Below are positions 63,383 through 64,000 of a DNA stretch of 64,000 nucleotides, piece after piece. The notes below the pieces were generated by a model. It was not told the DNA's origin and did not search any database. It was given only the letters and a program-made list of their open reading frames with translations. Source of the DNA: a virus (lineage: Duplodnaviria > Caudoviricetes); IMG/VR virus record IMGVR_UViG_3300028832_002790, positions 25,207-89,206 of that record. One strand, written 5' to 3'. A program made the position numbers and the translations under genes. The first letter of the stretch is position 1. Every line of letters starts with the position of its first letter.

Positions 63383-64000
63383 ATGACCTATAAGGAACTT
63401 TATGTAGAGAAGTATCGTCCCCAGACTCTTGACGAAATGGTTATCGATCCAACGATCAAGAAATATTTTGAGGATATCTTCAATTCGGAAGATCCGACCA
63501 TTCCAAACCTTCTGCTTCGCGGAAGACCCGGCGGAGGAAAGACCACGCTGGCCAAGATCATCCAGAAGAAACTGGGATGGGAGACGCTTGTCCTAAATGC
63601 ATCGGAGGAAAATGGCGTGGATACGATGCGGGACAAGGTTGTCTCGTTCTGCCAAACGATGTCCATCGACGGCGGGATGAAGCTCGTCATTCTGGAAGAG
63701 GCGGACGGGCTTTCGTCCGCTGGAGGAAACGGATCTTCGGCGCAGGAGCTTCTGAAGAATCTCATCGAAACGTCGTCGAAGTACGTCAGGTTCATCCTCC
63801 TTGTCAACAACATCTCGAAAATCGACGCACCGATCAAGTCGAGAATGCAGGAATTCGAAATCATCCCGCCAGATCTGTCGAAGTCGAAGGATATCTTGAA
63901 GTACGTTCTCAATATCGTCGTCAAGGAGGGAATCAAGATCCGCGACAAGAACGACATCATCCGGCTCATCAAGTCCAATTACCCGGATATTCGCAAGATT
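63383..64000 (+). CDS. 44: Clamp loader ATPase subunit (T4 gp44/RFC-like), truncated at the right edge
   Basis: Manual translation: YVEKYRPQTLDE, GRPGGGKTT, LNASEENG, ILEEADG, SRM. Confidence 0.92.
   Translation, partial: MTYKELYVEKYRPQTLDEMVIDPTIKKYFEDIFNSEDPTIPNLLLRGRPGGGKTTLAKIIQKKLGWETLVLNASEENGVDTMRDKVVSFCQTMSIDGGMKLVILEEADGLSSAGGNGSSAQELLKNLIETSSKYVRFILLVNNISKIDAPIKSRMQEFEIIPPDLSKSKDILKYVLNIVVKEGIKIRDKNDIIRLIKSNYPDIRKI

Overview
This window is 64 kb from a large T4-like (myovirus-type) phage genome in the standard genetic code, about 90 genes and densely coding. It runs leftward (- strand) from 1 to about 53.9 kb and rightward (+) from about 54 kb. Main blocks: (1) giant virion/baseplate proteins at 1-13.9 kb; (2) sliding clamp, C5 DNA methyltransferase and gp32 SSB; (3) a putative holin/spanin group, small terminase and an unusual gp5-like spike; (4) gp41 helicase; (5) a tRNA region at 30.4-36.2 kb with an AT-rich PD-(D/E)XK endonuclease and an AAA ATPase; (6) gp43 polymerase, UvsX, an RmlC plus two-glycosyltransferase block, gp46/47, gp55, UvsW, UvsY and ThyX; (7) GroES-like co-chaperonin, gp15, portal, head-completion nuclease and a partial clamp loader. 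The most striking observation is an 80-nt CCA-ending RNA gene at 33085-33164 (-). It has every part of a tRNA with a UAU anticodon, but its D-stem strands and D-loop are wired in a permuted order that still appears compatible with the L-shape. It sits behind a ~200-nt structured RNA that carries an 8-nt complement to it. Neighbouring tRNAs are also atypical: Thr(UGU) with a Tyr-type variable arm, Gly with C33 and A54/U58, Lys/Val/Tyr with altered T-loops, and a Cys-anticodon mimic lacking CCA. Other patterns are apparent leaderless initiation from both sigma70-type and late TAAATA promoters, and a shared N-terminal capsid-targeting-like motif in small proteins. All calls come from manual reading; no database searches were run.
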